From: Octopus vulgaris
Lineage: Eukaryota
Assembly (NCBI GenBank): GCA_951406725.2
Contig: OX597815.1
Location: 144,956,001 to 145,020,000, forward strand
Length of the DNA stretch: 64,000 nucleotides
Reading direction: 5' to 3'
Part shown: piece after piece, positions 12,858-25,407 of the stretch
How positions within the stretch are numbered: the stretch's first letter is position 1
How the letters are laid out: each line of letters begins with the position of its first letter
The notes under the pieces: generated by a model
Told to the model about the DNA's origin: nothing
Seen by the model: only the letters and a program-made list of their open reading frames with translations
Database searches by the model: none
Position numbers and translations under genes: made by a program

Positions 12858-13075
12858 ACTAGCACTATGACCCGGCAACGCCGGGTCATAGTGCTAGTGC
12901 ATGCATATACAGCTGCGTGCGTGCACACATACACGCGAGTACTGTCCAAATCTCCGACCAATCACATACAGCTAGCTGGCATTCAATTGGCGTATCAAGT
13001 TTCGGGCATTTCGAATGGGTTTTGGATAGAAAATTCACAAAAAAGTCACTTCTACTGATTTTTTAATGGCTTTTT
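12858..13075. mobile_element. Helitron-like terminus inserted in the (TA)n tail of a SINE
   Basis: 19-bp perfect hairpin actagcactatgacccggc-aac-gccgggtcatagtgctagt with CTAG at both ends; GC stem resembles the Helitron 3' hairpin at 49670-49685. Confidence 0.55.
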
Positions 13076-14391
13076 TAATGCACGCATGCATGCACAAACA
13101 ACGGACCTCCTTCTGTTTCTGTCTATGAAATCCACTCACAAGGCTTTGGTCTGTCTGAGACTCTGGTAGAAGATACTTTCCTAAGTTGCCATGCAGTGGG
13201 ACTGAACCTAGAACCATGTGGTTGGGAGTCAAACATCTTACAGCCATTCCTGACCAGAAGTTTGTTAGTTGGATTGACTCCAGTGTTTGATTTGTATTTT
13301 GCCTTTTATCATCTGAAGGCCAATAGAACAGAGTTGACCTCAGTGAAGTTCAACTGCAGATTGTCGTCAAATGGAAGAAGGCAGTCTGATTCCCTGACAA
13401 ATAATAAACATGCATTTACCACCAGTATTTTATTTTTTAAATCCATGCTGGCAACACGTAAAAGATTACTGTGCTGGTGCCACATGAAAAGCACCCAGTA
13501 CACTCTGTAAAGTGGTTGGCATTAGGAAGGACATCCAGCCATAGAAACCATGCCAGCACACGCAATTAGAGCCGGGTGCAGCCCTCCAGCTTGTCAGCTC
13601 CTGTCAAACCATCCAACTCTTGCTAGCATGGAAAACGGATGTTAAATGACGATGATGATGATGTTGTCCTTTACCCCTTTTGTTACCATATTACTATTGA
13701 AATTCACTGCCTGTGTTTCAGTTAATTTACTCCTATACTTGTTTCAGTCATTTGACTGACTATGCTGGAGCACCACCTTGAGTCGAGCTAATCGACTCCA
13801 GGACTTATTGTTTGTAAGCCTAGTACTTATCTTATCGGTCTTTTTTGCCAAACCTCTAAGTTATGGAGTTGTAAACACACCAGCATTGGTTGTCAGACAC
13901 ACAAACATATACACACATACATATATATACATATATACGATGGGCTTCTTTCAGTTTCCGTCTACCAAATCCACTCACAAGGCTTTAGTTGTCCTGAGGC
14001 TATAGTAGAAGACACTTGCCCAAGGTGCCATGCAGTGGAACTGAACCTGGAACCATGTGGTTCATAAGTAAGCTACTTACCACACAGCCACTCCTACGCC
14101 TATTAAAATATCTGTCATTTATTAACTTTGTGTTTGGAACATATAAATTAACCTGAAATTTTGGTGGAGGGTTTTAATTTAGATAATTTAAAAACACAAT
14201 TAATTTCATGGAATGCAGGGGCTCGAAGCAGTTTGGCATAAAAAAAAAGGTCAAGCTGTGATCTACAAATCAGTTGAAAATAAACAAAAATTTGTTTATC
14301 TCAGTTTCAACTGAAATATTGTTGAATTTAAAAGTCTTCATAATATTTGAAAGAAATTAAAAAATTCTTTGTGCTTTTGCCATTTTTTCAG

Positions 14392-14490
14392 GAGTTTTGA
14401 AGATTTCCTGAAAGAAGGTCTTGTGGAATATCTTGATGTGAACGAAGAAAATGATTGTATGATTGCGTTAAATGAAGGCCACATCAAAGA
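14392..14490 (+). CDS. POLR3B: POLR3B exon (99 nt): (R)[32 protein letters not shown](E)
   Basis: ttttttcag| ... |gtaagt; conserved EYLDVNEE motif. Confidence 0.97.
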
Positions 14491-14744
14491 GTAAGTAAAA
14501 CATTTGTCAGTGGTTTTTGTAGCTGCAGTCTGTTTTTATAATTGTCAATGTGAAGGCACATAGCCTAGTGGTTAGGCAGTTGCACTCATGGCTGCTAGAT
14601 CATCATCATCATCATCATTTAATGTCTGCTTTCCATGCTGGCATGGGTTCGATGGTTTGACTGAGGGCTGGTGAGCCAGAAGGCTGCACTAGGCTCCAAT
14701 CTGATCTGGTGAAGTTTCTACAGCTGGATGCTGTTCCTAACGCC

Positions 14745-17060
14745 AGAGTATGGTAGATGCCTGATGGAGGGTATTCATTTGGTTGCAGTTTCCAGCAGGT
14801 GAATGTCTGAGCAAGATAGGCATTCCAGACTTGTGATGCAAATTCCAAGTGTGGCTGCACCATAGCCACATACAGCCTTAAATAGATAGCTGAAGAGTGG
14901 CTGGCAAAGGTCTTGCTGAGTGATGCCAAGACACCCTCAGCCTTCTTGACAATTTTAGAGATGTGCTTTGTCCATTGCAAATTGCTGCTGCTCAGGTCAT
15001 TTTCACAAGAAGACTTCTTGATATTAGTGTTGTGGAGAGAGTATGTGGACACTGATTTTCTTTTTTCTCCCAAAATGCATGGTGGTACACTTGTCCACAG
15101 CCAGCTTGAGTTGCCAGTCCATGATGCATTGTTGTATTGTGTCCTGGTCTGATTGCAGGAAAGATCTATAGTGTTCAAGATCTGTCCTTTTTATCTCAAG
15201 GTACATCATGATGTCATCTGCATATTTCAGTACTGTAGCATTCTTTAAGTTGGCATCTATGTCATTAATGTATGCAACAAACAAAAGGGGACCAAGAACA
15301 GATCCCTGTGGTACACCAGATGACATCTCAGGGTGAAGAATGCTGTCCTAGAACCGTGACTACCTCTTATCAGCTGAGAATGGACTCCAACCAGTTAAAA
15401 AAGATCATTTTTCACACCCATTGCAGAGAGTTTTGCTATAAGTCTTTTGTGTGGCACAGAATTAAAAGCTTTAGCAAAGTCAAAGTAAACAACTTCCACC
15501 CAATGAGCCACCATCAGTGACCCGGGTGATGTCTTCAAGAAGCTCAATAAGTTGATCACAGCAGCTGGAGTTAGGGATAAATTCAAATTGCAAGGGCCAG
15601 ATAAGGCTGTGAGAATTCCAGAAGTTCCAGAGTATTTCTCTGACAGAGGATTCCATCAGTTTGGCAATGCAACTAATAAGATTGACTGGACAATAGTTGA
15701 CAGGCAATATGTAGTCGCCCTTTTCGAACATAAGAATGACACTGGTAGTTTTCCACTGCTCCATTGTTAAGCACCATTGTTAAGACAGAACTGAAAGAAG
15801 AGTGAAAGCTGGTGCAGAAGAAAGTACCAACAACATTTGAGAAACAGGTACATAACACCATCAAGACCAGGGAGAAGCATAGGTGTGGAGTGAGTCAGTT
15901 TGAGGGAAATGAAATGAATACTACTTTAAGACTGATCATATTGTTGGGTTTCAGTGATTGAAGACATTTTCTGGTGAGTGTGATGGGGTGGTGAAGGTGA
16001 ATTTAGGCAGTTTTATTGTGTGTGTATGTGTATGTGTATGTGTGTGTTTGTTTGTGCAGTGGGTAAGTGAGAATAAAGTGTTGTAAACGTGGACTATTTT
16101 TCAGCAGGATTTACTACTTATATGTCTTGGGTTGGAAGATTTCACAAAGTTAGAGGCGAGGAAAACTGTCTTCAATGTAGAGGAAGTAATTGGGAGGAGC
16201 TTGGAGAGCCTTAGAGGCAGCTGATAAATCAAGTTAAGAGAGGTGGTGTGATGCTGGACTTAGCGGGTTTTACATATGCACAGTAACCATATCTGAGTGT
16301 GTTATTGCTGTTTGAGCTGATGGTGGGCCTCTACTGGTAAACCTTTTCTCATCAGCACTCTTTCACAAACACTGATATCATGCAGAGGGGAAGTAGAAGG
16401 GAAGTGGTGTATCAGAAGACAATCATTTCTTTCTTTTGGCACCATGTCCAGAATATAGGACACGGGCAATCTTGCCCTGCTACAATTCTCTGTTCTTTGT
16501 TTTCTGTAACAGTTTCACTTCCTAATGATTAATGCCTCTTTCTCCCAACCAGTTCTTCAAGCTTGACATCTGTAGCATCCTTCTCCTTTCTCTGCTTCTT
16601 TTCTCTTCAGTTTTTCCGGTCATTGCTAAATTCTTCTGACCCTCTTTCCTCATCACATGACCAAGAAATCTCACAAAACAGTTTTCTATTTTTCATAGCC
16701 TGTGTCATCACTTCTTCATTAGACATTTTGTCTGTTCATGCTCTCCTTGATTGTTTTCTTAAGAACCACATTGTCATTGTCAAATTGTCGACTGGGACCT
16801 TGTGGGAATCCTTGCAATACACTTGGTGAACTCTGCTAAAAACACCCAAGGATTTGATGTTGGGCCTGAAAACAAATGAAGAGCTTACTTTCTAAACCAA
16901 GGACTAAGATTCACCTACTGTTTATATGGCATCTATCCCAGTTTGACTGAAAAACATTTCACATGCACGAAGCCAGCAGCTTGCAGATTGTGTTTTAATG
17001 GTTGTCATGAAATCGACCAAATGAGTACTTAGACTGGTTTTGAAAGTAAACTCCTCAAAT
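14745..17060 (-). mobile_element. Decayed CR1/L2-group LINE (RT, endonuclease region and 5' part)
   Basis: Minus-strand ORF pieces YCPVNLISCIAKLMES, DFAKAFNSVPH, SGVPQGSVLGPLLFVAYINDI, YADD, PHLEFASQVWN with many frameshifts; 16880-17060 recurs at 5805-6050. Confidence 0.9.
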
Positions 17061-18479
17061 AAGGTCTATTATGTTTTACTGTTAGACCAGCAGTGAAATG
17101 GTTTCTGCCCTCAAAACTTATGCCTGTTGTTTACAGGGTTGGGTTTCTTAGTGAGGGTGATGTGGTTAACAAGTTTCCTTTGTTGTGTAGTTTTGGGTTC
17201 AGTCCCACTGCACAGCAACTTAGGCAAGAGTCTTCTTATCTTCTACTCTAGCTCTGGGTCAATCAGTGCCTTGTGTGTGTGAATTTGGTAGATGGAAACT
17301 GTGTGGAAGCACATCATAAATGATTGAGTTTGTGCCCCCGATCATCATTTGACAAGTGTTGGTTTGTTTATGTCCCCATAACTTAGCAGTTCAGTAACAG
17401 CGACTGATAGAATAAATACTAAACTTAAAAGCATAAATATTGGGGTTGATTTGTTCAACCAAAACCTTTAACCCTTTAATGTTCATATTAATCTGTCAAA
17501 CCTAATGCTTATTTGTTCACGTTCTTTTGAATTATTCAGGTTCAAAAGGTGTGTCCACAATATTTGCTTGTAACTTTGTTAATTTTCTACATACAGATTT
17601 GAAATTTTGTTAGTGGGTGCTTTTTATGCCAGTGAATTATAGTTATGTCATTTTAGTTGGTCTTGCTGGTTAAATTTGACTTTTATCATCATTGTCGTTT
17701 AACGTCTACTTTCCATGCTGGCATAGGTTGGATGGTTTGACTGAGGACTGGCAAGCCAGAAGGCTGCACCAGGCTCCAATCAGATCTGGCAATGTTTCTA
17801 CAGCTGGATGCCCTTCCTAATGTCAACCACTCTGAGAGAGTGTAGTGGGTGCTTTTTACATGTCACTGGCACAGGAGCCAGTCAGGCGGCACTGTCAATG
17901 ACCACACTCGAATGGTGCTTTTTACATGCCACCAGCATGAGGGCCAGTCAGGTGGTACTGGCATCAACCACACTCGAATGGTGCTTTTTATGTGCCACAG
18001 TAAATTTAATTAACAGATATAAAATGCAATAACATTATGGATAAACACTAAAATTGAAGTTCTTAATGCATCTTGCCTGTTTGATTTGTTACTAAAATTA
18101 TCCCAGATGGCAACCACCAACAATTTTGCCACTTTTCAAGATGAGGAACATTAATTTGAATTAATTAAATACAGGTGTAATTGGCACAAGATTTTATTCT
18201 TTCTCGATGTTTTATTAAAGCATTTTCATTGAAAATAAAGTACAAAACTATTTTACTAATCAATATACCAGTGGCTATGTACTCTTATACAATTTAATGA
18301 ATATATTTACATAACAGAATGCATCAAATAAAAAAATGGAGGCAAAGGTAAATACAGGTGTGTAACATACTAAAAATTAATTAATATGTATTTCTCACTT
18401 TCACATTATTTGTAATAAAATTAAAGGAATATATAATAGTATTATTATGAAATAACAAAATATAGTTCTACTATATATC

Positions 18480-18900
18480 CATTGTGAAACTGTCCAAAGC
18501 ACCTTTTACACAAGGGCACTTTGCAAAACAAACACATAGATGAGGTCTCAACCTGATTATCCTTTTGCAGTTTTTCTTTTTTGCAGCTAACATAGACTGC
18601 AAGCTTTTTTCCTTTCAATTATTTTTTCCATTTTATGGAAGTCAATATTTTCTCTGACATCTACCTCAATTAATTTGCTTTTCTCCCAGTTCTGTGCTTT
18701 CTGGAAGAAAAGCCCTCACATAACTGCGATGCAATGTCAACCTGAAATTTCAAACGGTTGTATTCCTTTGGTGGCAGAGGTACCTTGTAGATTTTTACAT
18801 AACCAATATATGAATTAACTATAGTTAGACATAATGTTGGTTATGATTGTATTTCAGGCTACAGCCATTATCCAATTTATGAATCTGTATTTATTTAGTC
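18480..18900 (-). mobile_element. piggyBac-like transposase C-terminal fossil
   Basis: Minus-strand pieces NSYIGY...RLKFQVDIASQL and Cys-rich end ETSSMCLFCKVPLCKRCFGQFHN resemble the piggyBac/PGBD C-terminal domain; frameshifted. Confidence 0.6.
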
Positions 18901-19689
18901 TGAAACAAAAAAAAAAAACCACTCTAAGCTTTTATAATGATGTATAATTTTCATATCTTATCACATTTATTGATAGTTATCAAAGCCCAAGACATTGGTT
19001 GCCTTAATTTCAGGACACCTTGTGTATACACAAACACGTATGCACACACACACACACACTTACATTATCATCATCATCATAGCTGTAATACCTATGATCA
19101 TAAGTCTACTCAATCAGGATTGGCTGAGGGCTAAACAACTGCAACACTGAACATGGTTCAGCCACTCCTACTTTGCATTTGAGTGGTTTGCAGTAGGAAG
19201 GGCGTCCATCTGTAAAAACATTCCTTTCCACAAATACCATTCCTTTCTCTCTCTCTCTTTGGGAAATGGATTTAAAACATTTCCTTTGGTTATAGTTGAA
19301 TTCTTTGTGTTTATTCAAGACTATTAATAGAAGAGACACAGAAATGGTTTCTGTTAGTTCTGCAGAGCCATGCCAGATTGGTATTTCCAGCTATTGAACC
19401 ATCTGTTAATTAGAGAGAGAGAGAGAGAGACAGAAAAAACTTCAGCTAGAACTGGTAGTTTTGATCTGCTAGAAATAGTAGATAAATCCTGCTCAAATCA
19501 TTTATTACCAACTTAGAAAGGAAGGACATATTGGGTAATGTGGCTTTTACAGTTCTATATTTTAAAGTTCTATATATGCCCATGGGGCATATGGCGTAGT
19601 GGTTAAGAGCATGGGCTACTAACCCCAAGATTCCGAGTTCAATTCCAAATAGTGACCTGAATAATAATATTAATAAAAATAAAAAAAAA

Positions 19690-20090
19690 AAAACTGAGCA
19701 AGTATAAAGATCTTGAAATAGAAATGAGCAAAATGCAGAACCTGAAGACTAAAACGATACCTGTTGTCATAGGTGCCCTGGGAATGATAGTAAAAGGGGC
19801 TGATTGTTACCTAGCTCAGATACCAGGAAACCCCAAAATGGCAGAAATTCAAAAGATAGTGCTCATGGGAACTGCCCATATCCTACGTAAAATACCGTCT
19901 ATGTAATCTCAAATTTTAAAACAAGCACATAATTTTCTTATGGTTTCTTAAACATTCTCTAGAACAACACTATACACAAAACCAAATATATGGCATCCTA
20001 GGCATAACACCAACATGAACTTCCAACTTGTTGTCTCTGGGTGAGACTTGGAGCCAAATTGTACAAATGCAAAGCAAAAGTCAATCATGA
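19690..20090 (+). mobile_element. 3' end of a restriction-like-endonuclease (REL) non-LTR retrotransposon, R4/Dong-like; second remnant ~55765-55852
   Basis: KKLSKYKDLEIEMSKMQNLKTKTIPVVIGALGMI...IQKIVLMGTAHILRK, the K..KY..L / PVVIGALG C-terminus of REL LINEs; flanked by (AAT)n. Confidence 0.8.
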
Positions 20091-20162
20091 AATAATAATA
20101 ATGATAACAACAACATCGAAAAATATCTTAGGAATAAGAACCCAGGTTCGAAATTTCTCCAA

Positions 20163-20208
20163 GACACCTGATGAAGGCTGGAGGGTATATCAGCCGAAAC
20201 ATTGTGTT
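20163..20208 (+). ncRNA. Minimal type-I hammerhead motif (family A), sense to POLR3B; helix III mutated
   Basis: GACAC CTGATGA A GGCTG gagggtatat CAGCC GAAA CA TT GTGTT; intact core, but A at 20201 where the other copies have G. Confidence 0.75.
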
Positions 20209-21362
20209 AACAACAAACAAGATGAGGACAAATATCCATCAAATGTGAGTTTTGTAGCACTTTGTTTGGATGAAAAAAACCTAAAGAAAATGATGAAGTC
20301 TGGAACAACTTTGATCACAAGTCTGCTGGATCAAGGATGACCTGGGGCTAAACAGCAGCAGCAGCAGCAACAACAACAACAGTGATGACAACAGCAACAA
20401 CAATGACAGTGATAACAGTCTCTGTGTACTGCTAGCAACATCATCATCATTGTTTAACACCTGTTTTCCATGCTGGCATGGGTTGGACTGTTTGACTGGG
20501 GACTGGCAAGCTAGGAGGCCACACCAGGCTCCAATCTGATCTGGCAGTGTTTCTACAGCTAGATGCCCTTCCTAATGCCAACCACTCTGAGAGTGTAGTG
20601 GGTGCTTTTTGTGCCACTGGCATGGGAGCCAGTCTGGGGGTACTGGTATCGGCCACGTTTGGATGGTGTTTTTTATGTGCCACCGGCACAGGACCAGTCA
20701 GGTGGCGCTGGTATCAACCACATTTGGATGGTGCTTTTTACATGCCACCGGCACGGGGAGCCAGTCAGGTGGCACTGGCAACATTGGATTGTGTTTCTTT
20801 GCGGGACCAATTTATTGTTATATGGTACCATTCTGGCATGGATTGGATGGTTTAACTGGATCTGATGGGCATAAGAACTGCATTATGCTTTAGTGTCTGC
20901 TTTAGCATAGTTCGTATGGCTAGATGTCCTCCCTTATGCCAACCACTTATACCAGGTGCTTTTTCTGTGGCACCAGCACTAGTGACGGTTACCATGCTGC
21001 TTGCAAGACTACAAATCCTGTGGCGATTTGCTGTACTTGACAAGAAGTAAAATCACCATCTTCCACACCTACAGGCTTGTCCTTTCAGGTGCCAGTGTCA
21101 CATAAAAAGCACCTGTGCTGGTGCTGTGTAAATGCTCCTGTGTTGGTCACACATGTAGAGCATCCAGTACACTATGTTAGGTGGTTGGCATAAGGAAGGG
21201 CATCCAGCCATAGAAACCATGCCACAGCAGACAGTTGGAGTGTGGACAGTTTTGCTAGCCAGCTCTGTGTCAAACCATCCAACATATACCAACATAGAAA
21301 ATGGATGTTAAACGATGATGATGAGGAGGAGTAAAAGTGTTAGAGAAAGGACCAGAAGAAAA

Positions 21363-22019
21363 CAAGGTGCCCAGACCTTTTCAGGCTGCCACCCCCTTGA
21401 CACCCAGGCTACATTCCTGGCGCCCCCACCCCAACTAACCATCACAAACATAGACCTCTTTCTGAAGCAAATTCAAAGCAACTGTATTTCACAAATAAAA
21501 CTTAACCTAATGAACCCATTATTTTGTAGTTTTTACATGAATTGCCACCACATTATTGCCTCACTTTTTACATGAATTGTTACCCCATTATTGTCCCACT
21601 TTTTAGATGAATCACTATCTCATTATTGCCCTACATTTTTCATGAATTGCTACCCCATTATTGCCCCACTTTTTAGATGAATCGCTACCCCATTATTGCC
21701 CCACTTTTTAGATGAATTGCTACCCCATTATTGCCCCACTTTTTACATGAATTGTTACCCCATTATTGCCCCACTTTTTAGATGAATCACTATCCCATTA
21801 TTGCCCTACATTTTTCATGAATCACTACCCCATTATTGCCCCACTTTTTAGATGAATTGCTACCCCGTTATTGCCCCACTTTTTAGCTGAATCGCTACCC
21901 CATTATTGCTCCACTTTTTAGATGAATCACTATCCTATTATCGCCCACTTTTCTTCAACACCCCCCTTGGAACTTTCCACTGCCCTCAGGGTAAATACCA
22001 CCCACTTTGGGAACCACTG
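21363..22019. mobile_element. hAT/Charlie-like MITE containing a 35-bp minisatellite (about 12 copies, 21516-21950)
   Basis: Right end tttgggaaccactg|ctctagag is MER5/Charlie-like, left end is degenerate; unit gaattgctaccccattattgccccactttttagat, period 35 (21661/21696). Confidence 0.6.
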
Positions 22020-23019
22020 CTCTAGAGGATCCACATGGCTACACACATTTTAGAAGAGAGAGTTTGGTGGGGTGTAGCCAAAGTGGAGCAAGAAAGAGAC
22101 TGAAATGGGGTGGTGAGATGTCTGGGTGGCTCTTCAAGGTAAGAAGTGTAAAGAAATGAATGGGGACAGGAACCAGGAGAGTGGGTGTGTGGTGGTTGGG
22201 AGCTTATCAGGTAGAAATATGTCCAATGGTAAGAGTCCACTGTTTTATCTCAGGTAACACATTAAACTGTATCAGGTGTTGAGGATCCAACTTGAGATTT
22301 CAGGAGTTTTTGGAGGTGGCGTGGGGGGGTGGCGGGTATAGAGTTACCTCTAGGCCAAATCTATTGCCCTGGGGTGGTAGTACCTGTCAAAGCCTGCAAA
22401 TGGTAGTTAATTAGGGATGAGGTGTTTGAATGCCCCTTAAACTATGAGGTGAGTAGAAGTGAATGGGGACAGAGGAAAGCATAGATGGACTCTTATGAGG
22501 CCTGGTCCCTAAACATGACACAGAGACCCAGTAGTGACACAGTCTCCATGCCTCGGCGTTAAATAGGCCCTGAGCCTCAAGGGTAAGCTTGAGGGAGTAG
22601 GTGACTAGCAGAGTAAACTGCAAGCAAACAAATGGAAAGCAACAGGAAACCGATGTCATATTGTTGTTCCCAAGATGATTCTTTAGACTTTGTCATCGAA
22701 GTCCATGGTTGCCAAAGTCTGTAGCCATGGCACATGAAGAGAGAAATTGAAAGCAGCAATGTATTTATTTCATTAGAAATATGGGTTCGAAAAACTTTTC
22801 AGTGTCTTTGTTGGCATAGAAACCTTAAATATTGTCATCTTGTGACCATCAAGCATCCTGTCAGTCTGGTCAGTTGTCTGCCCTTGACATAAGTCCATAC
22901 AGTAATCCCTCGCCATATCACGGTTTATTATTTAAGCTTATGTTGATTCCTCCGTGGTGTTGTTTTGCATTTCTAATAAATAAATATATACAGATTATAA
23001 AAATAAGAATAAAAAAAAT

Positions 23020-23530
23020 ACAGGCGTAGGAGTGGCTGTGTGGTAAGTAGCTTGCTTATGAACCACATGGTTCTGGGTTCATTCTCACTGCATGGCACCT
23101 TCGGTAAGTGTCTTCTACTATAGCCTCGGGCCGACCAAAGCCTTGTGAGTGAATTTGGTAGATGGAAACTGAAAGAAGCCCGTCGTATATATGTGTGTAT
23201 ATATATATATAAAGAGAGTTTACAAAAAAAATGAAAGACGAAGACAGGTGGTGTACAAAACAAACAGATGTATTAGTATAACGTTCAGGAATAGAAAAAG
23301 TCTTTTACGTTTTGAGCCTATGCTCTTCTACAGAAAGGGACACAGAAAAACAAGGAGAGAAAAAACATGTATGTATGTGTATATGTTTGTGTGTCTGTGT
23401 TTGTCCCCCCAACATTGCTTGACAACTGATGCTGTTTGGTCAAAAGAGACTGATAGAATAAGTCCTTGGGTCGATTTGCTCGACTAAAGGTGGTGCTCCA
23501 GCATGGCCACAGTCAAATGACTGAAACAAG
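23020..23530 (+). mobile_element. tRNA-derived SINE (gagtggctgtgtggtaag...accttgggcaagt...gaaagaagcccgtcg-(TA)n); many copies, e.g. 1552-1710-, 12665-12830+, 13940-14100-, 45068-45290+, 58318-58470-, 58617-58780+, 63876-64000-
   Basis: A-box-like TGGCTGTGTGG, B-box-like GGTTCAGTCCC, CORE-like accttgggcaagt; the internal (TA)n is a frequent target of secondary insertions. Confidence 0.8.
23302..23337 (-). ncRNA. Variant minimal hammerhead motif (family C), in a short element (~23211-23370) inserted in a SINE (TA)n
   Basis: Minus strand: CTTT CTGTAGA A GAGC atag GCTC AAAA CG TA AAAG; helices I-III pair, but the core has A6>U and G12>A. Confidence 0.55.
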
Positions 23531-23841
23531 TAAAAGAGTAGTGCAGTACTGTTTCTACTTTGTGGGTTTTCGTATCCCCTATGATAATCGAGGGATTACT
23601 ATAGTTAATGGTTTGCTGTAGCCGTACTTATTTGCCAGTTTTTACAGAGTGTAATAGATCATTCATTGTTTTATAGTACCGGTGCCTTTAACGGCCCTTT
23701 AACTGTATTCTGTCCCCTCCTGTTCTTACATTTTGCTGATCTCCTTATTTGTAACAATTATTCCCTTTCTTTCCCCCCCATAGCAGGTTTTACACACACA
23801 TTCACACACATACGCACACACATATATATGCACACATATAC

Positions 23842-23889
<48 letters not shown>

Positions 23890-24042
23890 CACACACATGC
23901 ACACATATATACATACAAACATGTGCATACATATACACATACATGTACATGCCTATATATATATATGTATATATATATATATAAATAAAATATACATTCA
24001 TAAACACACACATATACATGTACATGCCTTTGTGTATGTATG

Positions 24043-24098
<56 letters not shown>

Positions 24099-25407
24099 TA
24101 CGCACAGTGAGAGAGAGAGAGAGAATAGTAGAGAGTGTACCCTCTTACTGTATGGCTGTGTTTACAATCTTTGTGCTGGTAGCTGTGTTGTCACAAAGAT
24201 GCTGAGACAGATAACAGAAATAATGGTATTGCTGACTATGAAGCTATGATACCCATGCATACATAGACATATATGACACACGCACTCATATATATTTCTC
24301 AAATACATGCATACATGTATGTGCAAATTCAAATATATATACATATATATATACACACACACACACACAGATATCATCATCATCATTGTTTTAATGTCCA
24401 CTTTTGCAAGCTGTATATATAAATACGTACATACATAACCTAGTTAACCATTTCTTAAAGAGAGAGAGAGAGAGAGAGAGGAAGAAAGCTAGGACCCACC
24501 TCGGGCCCCTCTTTTCACTTTGATATTTCTGTTTCGCGTCTGTGTCAGCAAAGTAGAAGATATAGATTTTGCGTAAAGATAACTGTGTTAGGGTTTCGTT
24601 CTTCAAACAGATGACTGCATCATCATCATCATCATCATGACCATAATCATCATCATCATCATCATCATCACCACCACCACCATCTTCCATATAAAATATC
24701 TTTGAGTTTGTGTTACAGAGCTGCCACTGACTGGCAGGAATTGGTTGTTTAGAATATGGGTGACCAAACGAGAGACATTATTTTATGGGATAATATATCA
24801 TCATCATCACTGTCTGGTTCCATAATCATCATTGTCGTCATCGTTATCTTTGGATTCATCATCATAGCATTCATTACACCACCACCACTATCATCATCAG
24901 TCATATATCATCTCAACTACTATCACCACTACCATCACCATAATCACCACAGCCACCCTCAACATCACCGCCATCACTACCCCCACCATCACCATTGCCT
25001 TTACGTCCACTTTTTCATCCATGCTGGCATCAGTTAGACAAGACTTGTACATGCCAAGAAAGTACTCTACAGCTGGGTGCCCTTCCTATCACCAACCCTT
25101 ACATGTTTCTCTGTTCTTTCATATGATGGATATCTCAACAGCCTGATGTGTCTTAATGTCAGATGTAAACAATAACACTATCTAAGCCAGTGGTCCTCAA
25201 CCACAGTTCTCAAGGCTGCATGCAGCCCTCAAACATCCTTCTGGTGGCCTTTGATGGTCTTTCCTTTTGAAATCTTTCTCGAATTGGTTTGCGTTTCACC
25301 TTTTTTGGATTGAATCCCCTCTCCTCACCAATCCAGGTTTTGGGATCTGGCCTGGATGTTAAAAAGGCTGAGAATTACTGAGATAAATAATGGCATATGC
25401 TTTATGC

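Larger units (their letters stand above)
19574..20246 (+). mobile_element. Family A element (tRNA-like head, (AAT)n linker, hammerhead tail), split by an R4/Dong-like insertion
   Basis: A box TGGCGTAGTGG 19592-19602, B box GAGTTCAATTCC 19635-19646, tail 20091-20246; 8-bp inverted head remnant atatgccc at 19574-19581. Confidence 0.85.

Noticed and set aside
19585-19660. Functional tRNA gene (ACT anticodon-like loop)
   Set aside because: Acceptor and T stems pair poorly and the head is fused to a repeat body; treated as a SINE head.
21516-21950. 35-bp periodic array as a possible CRISPR
   Set aside because: Units are contiguous with no unique spacers; eukaryotic context; no cas genes.
23666-24249. 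His/Tyr/Ile-rich ORFs
   Set aside because: (TA)n and (CA)n microsatellite translations.
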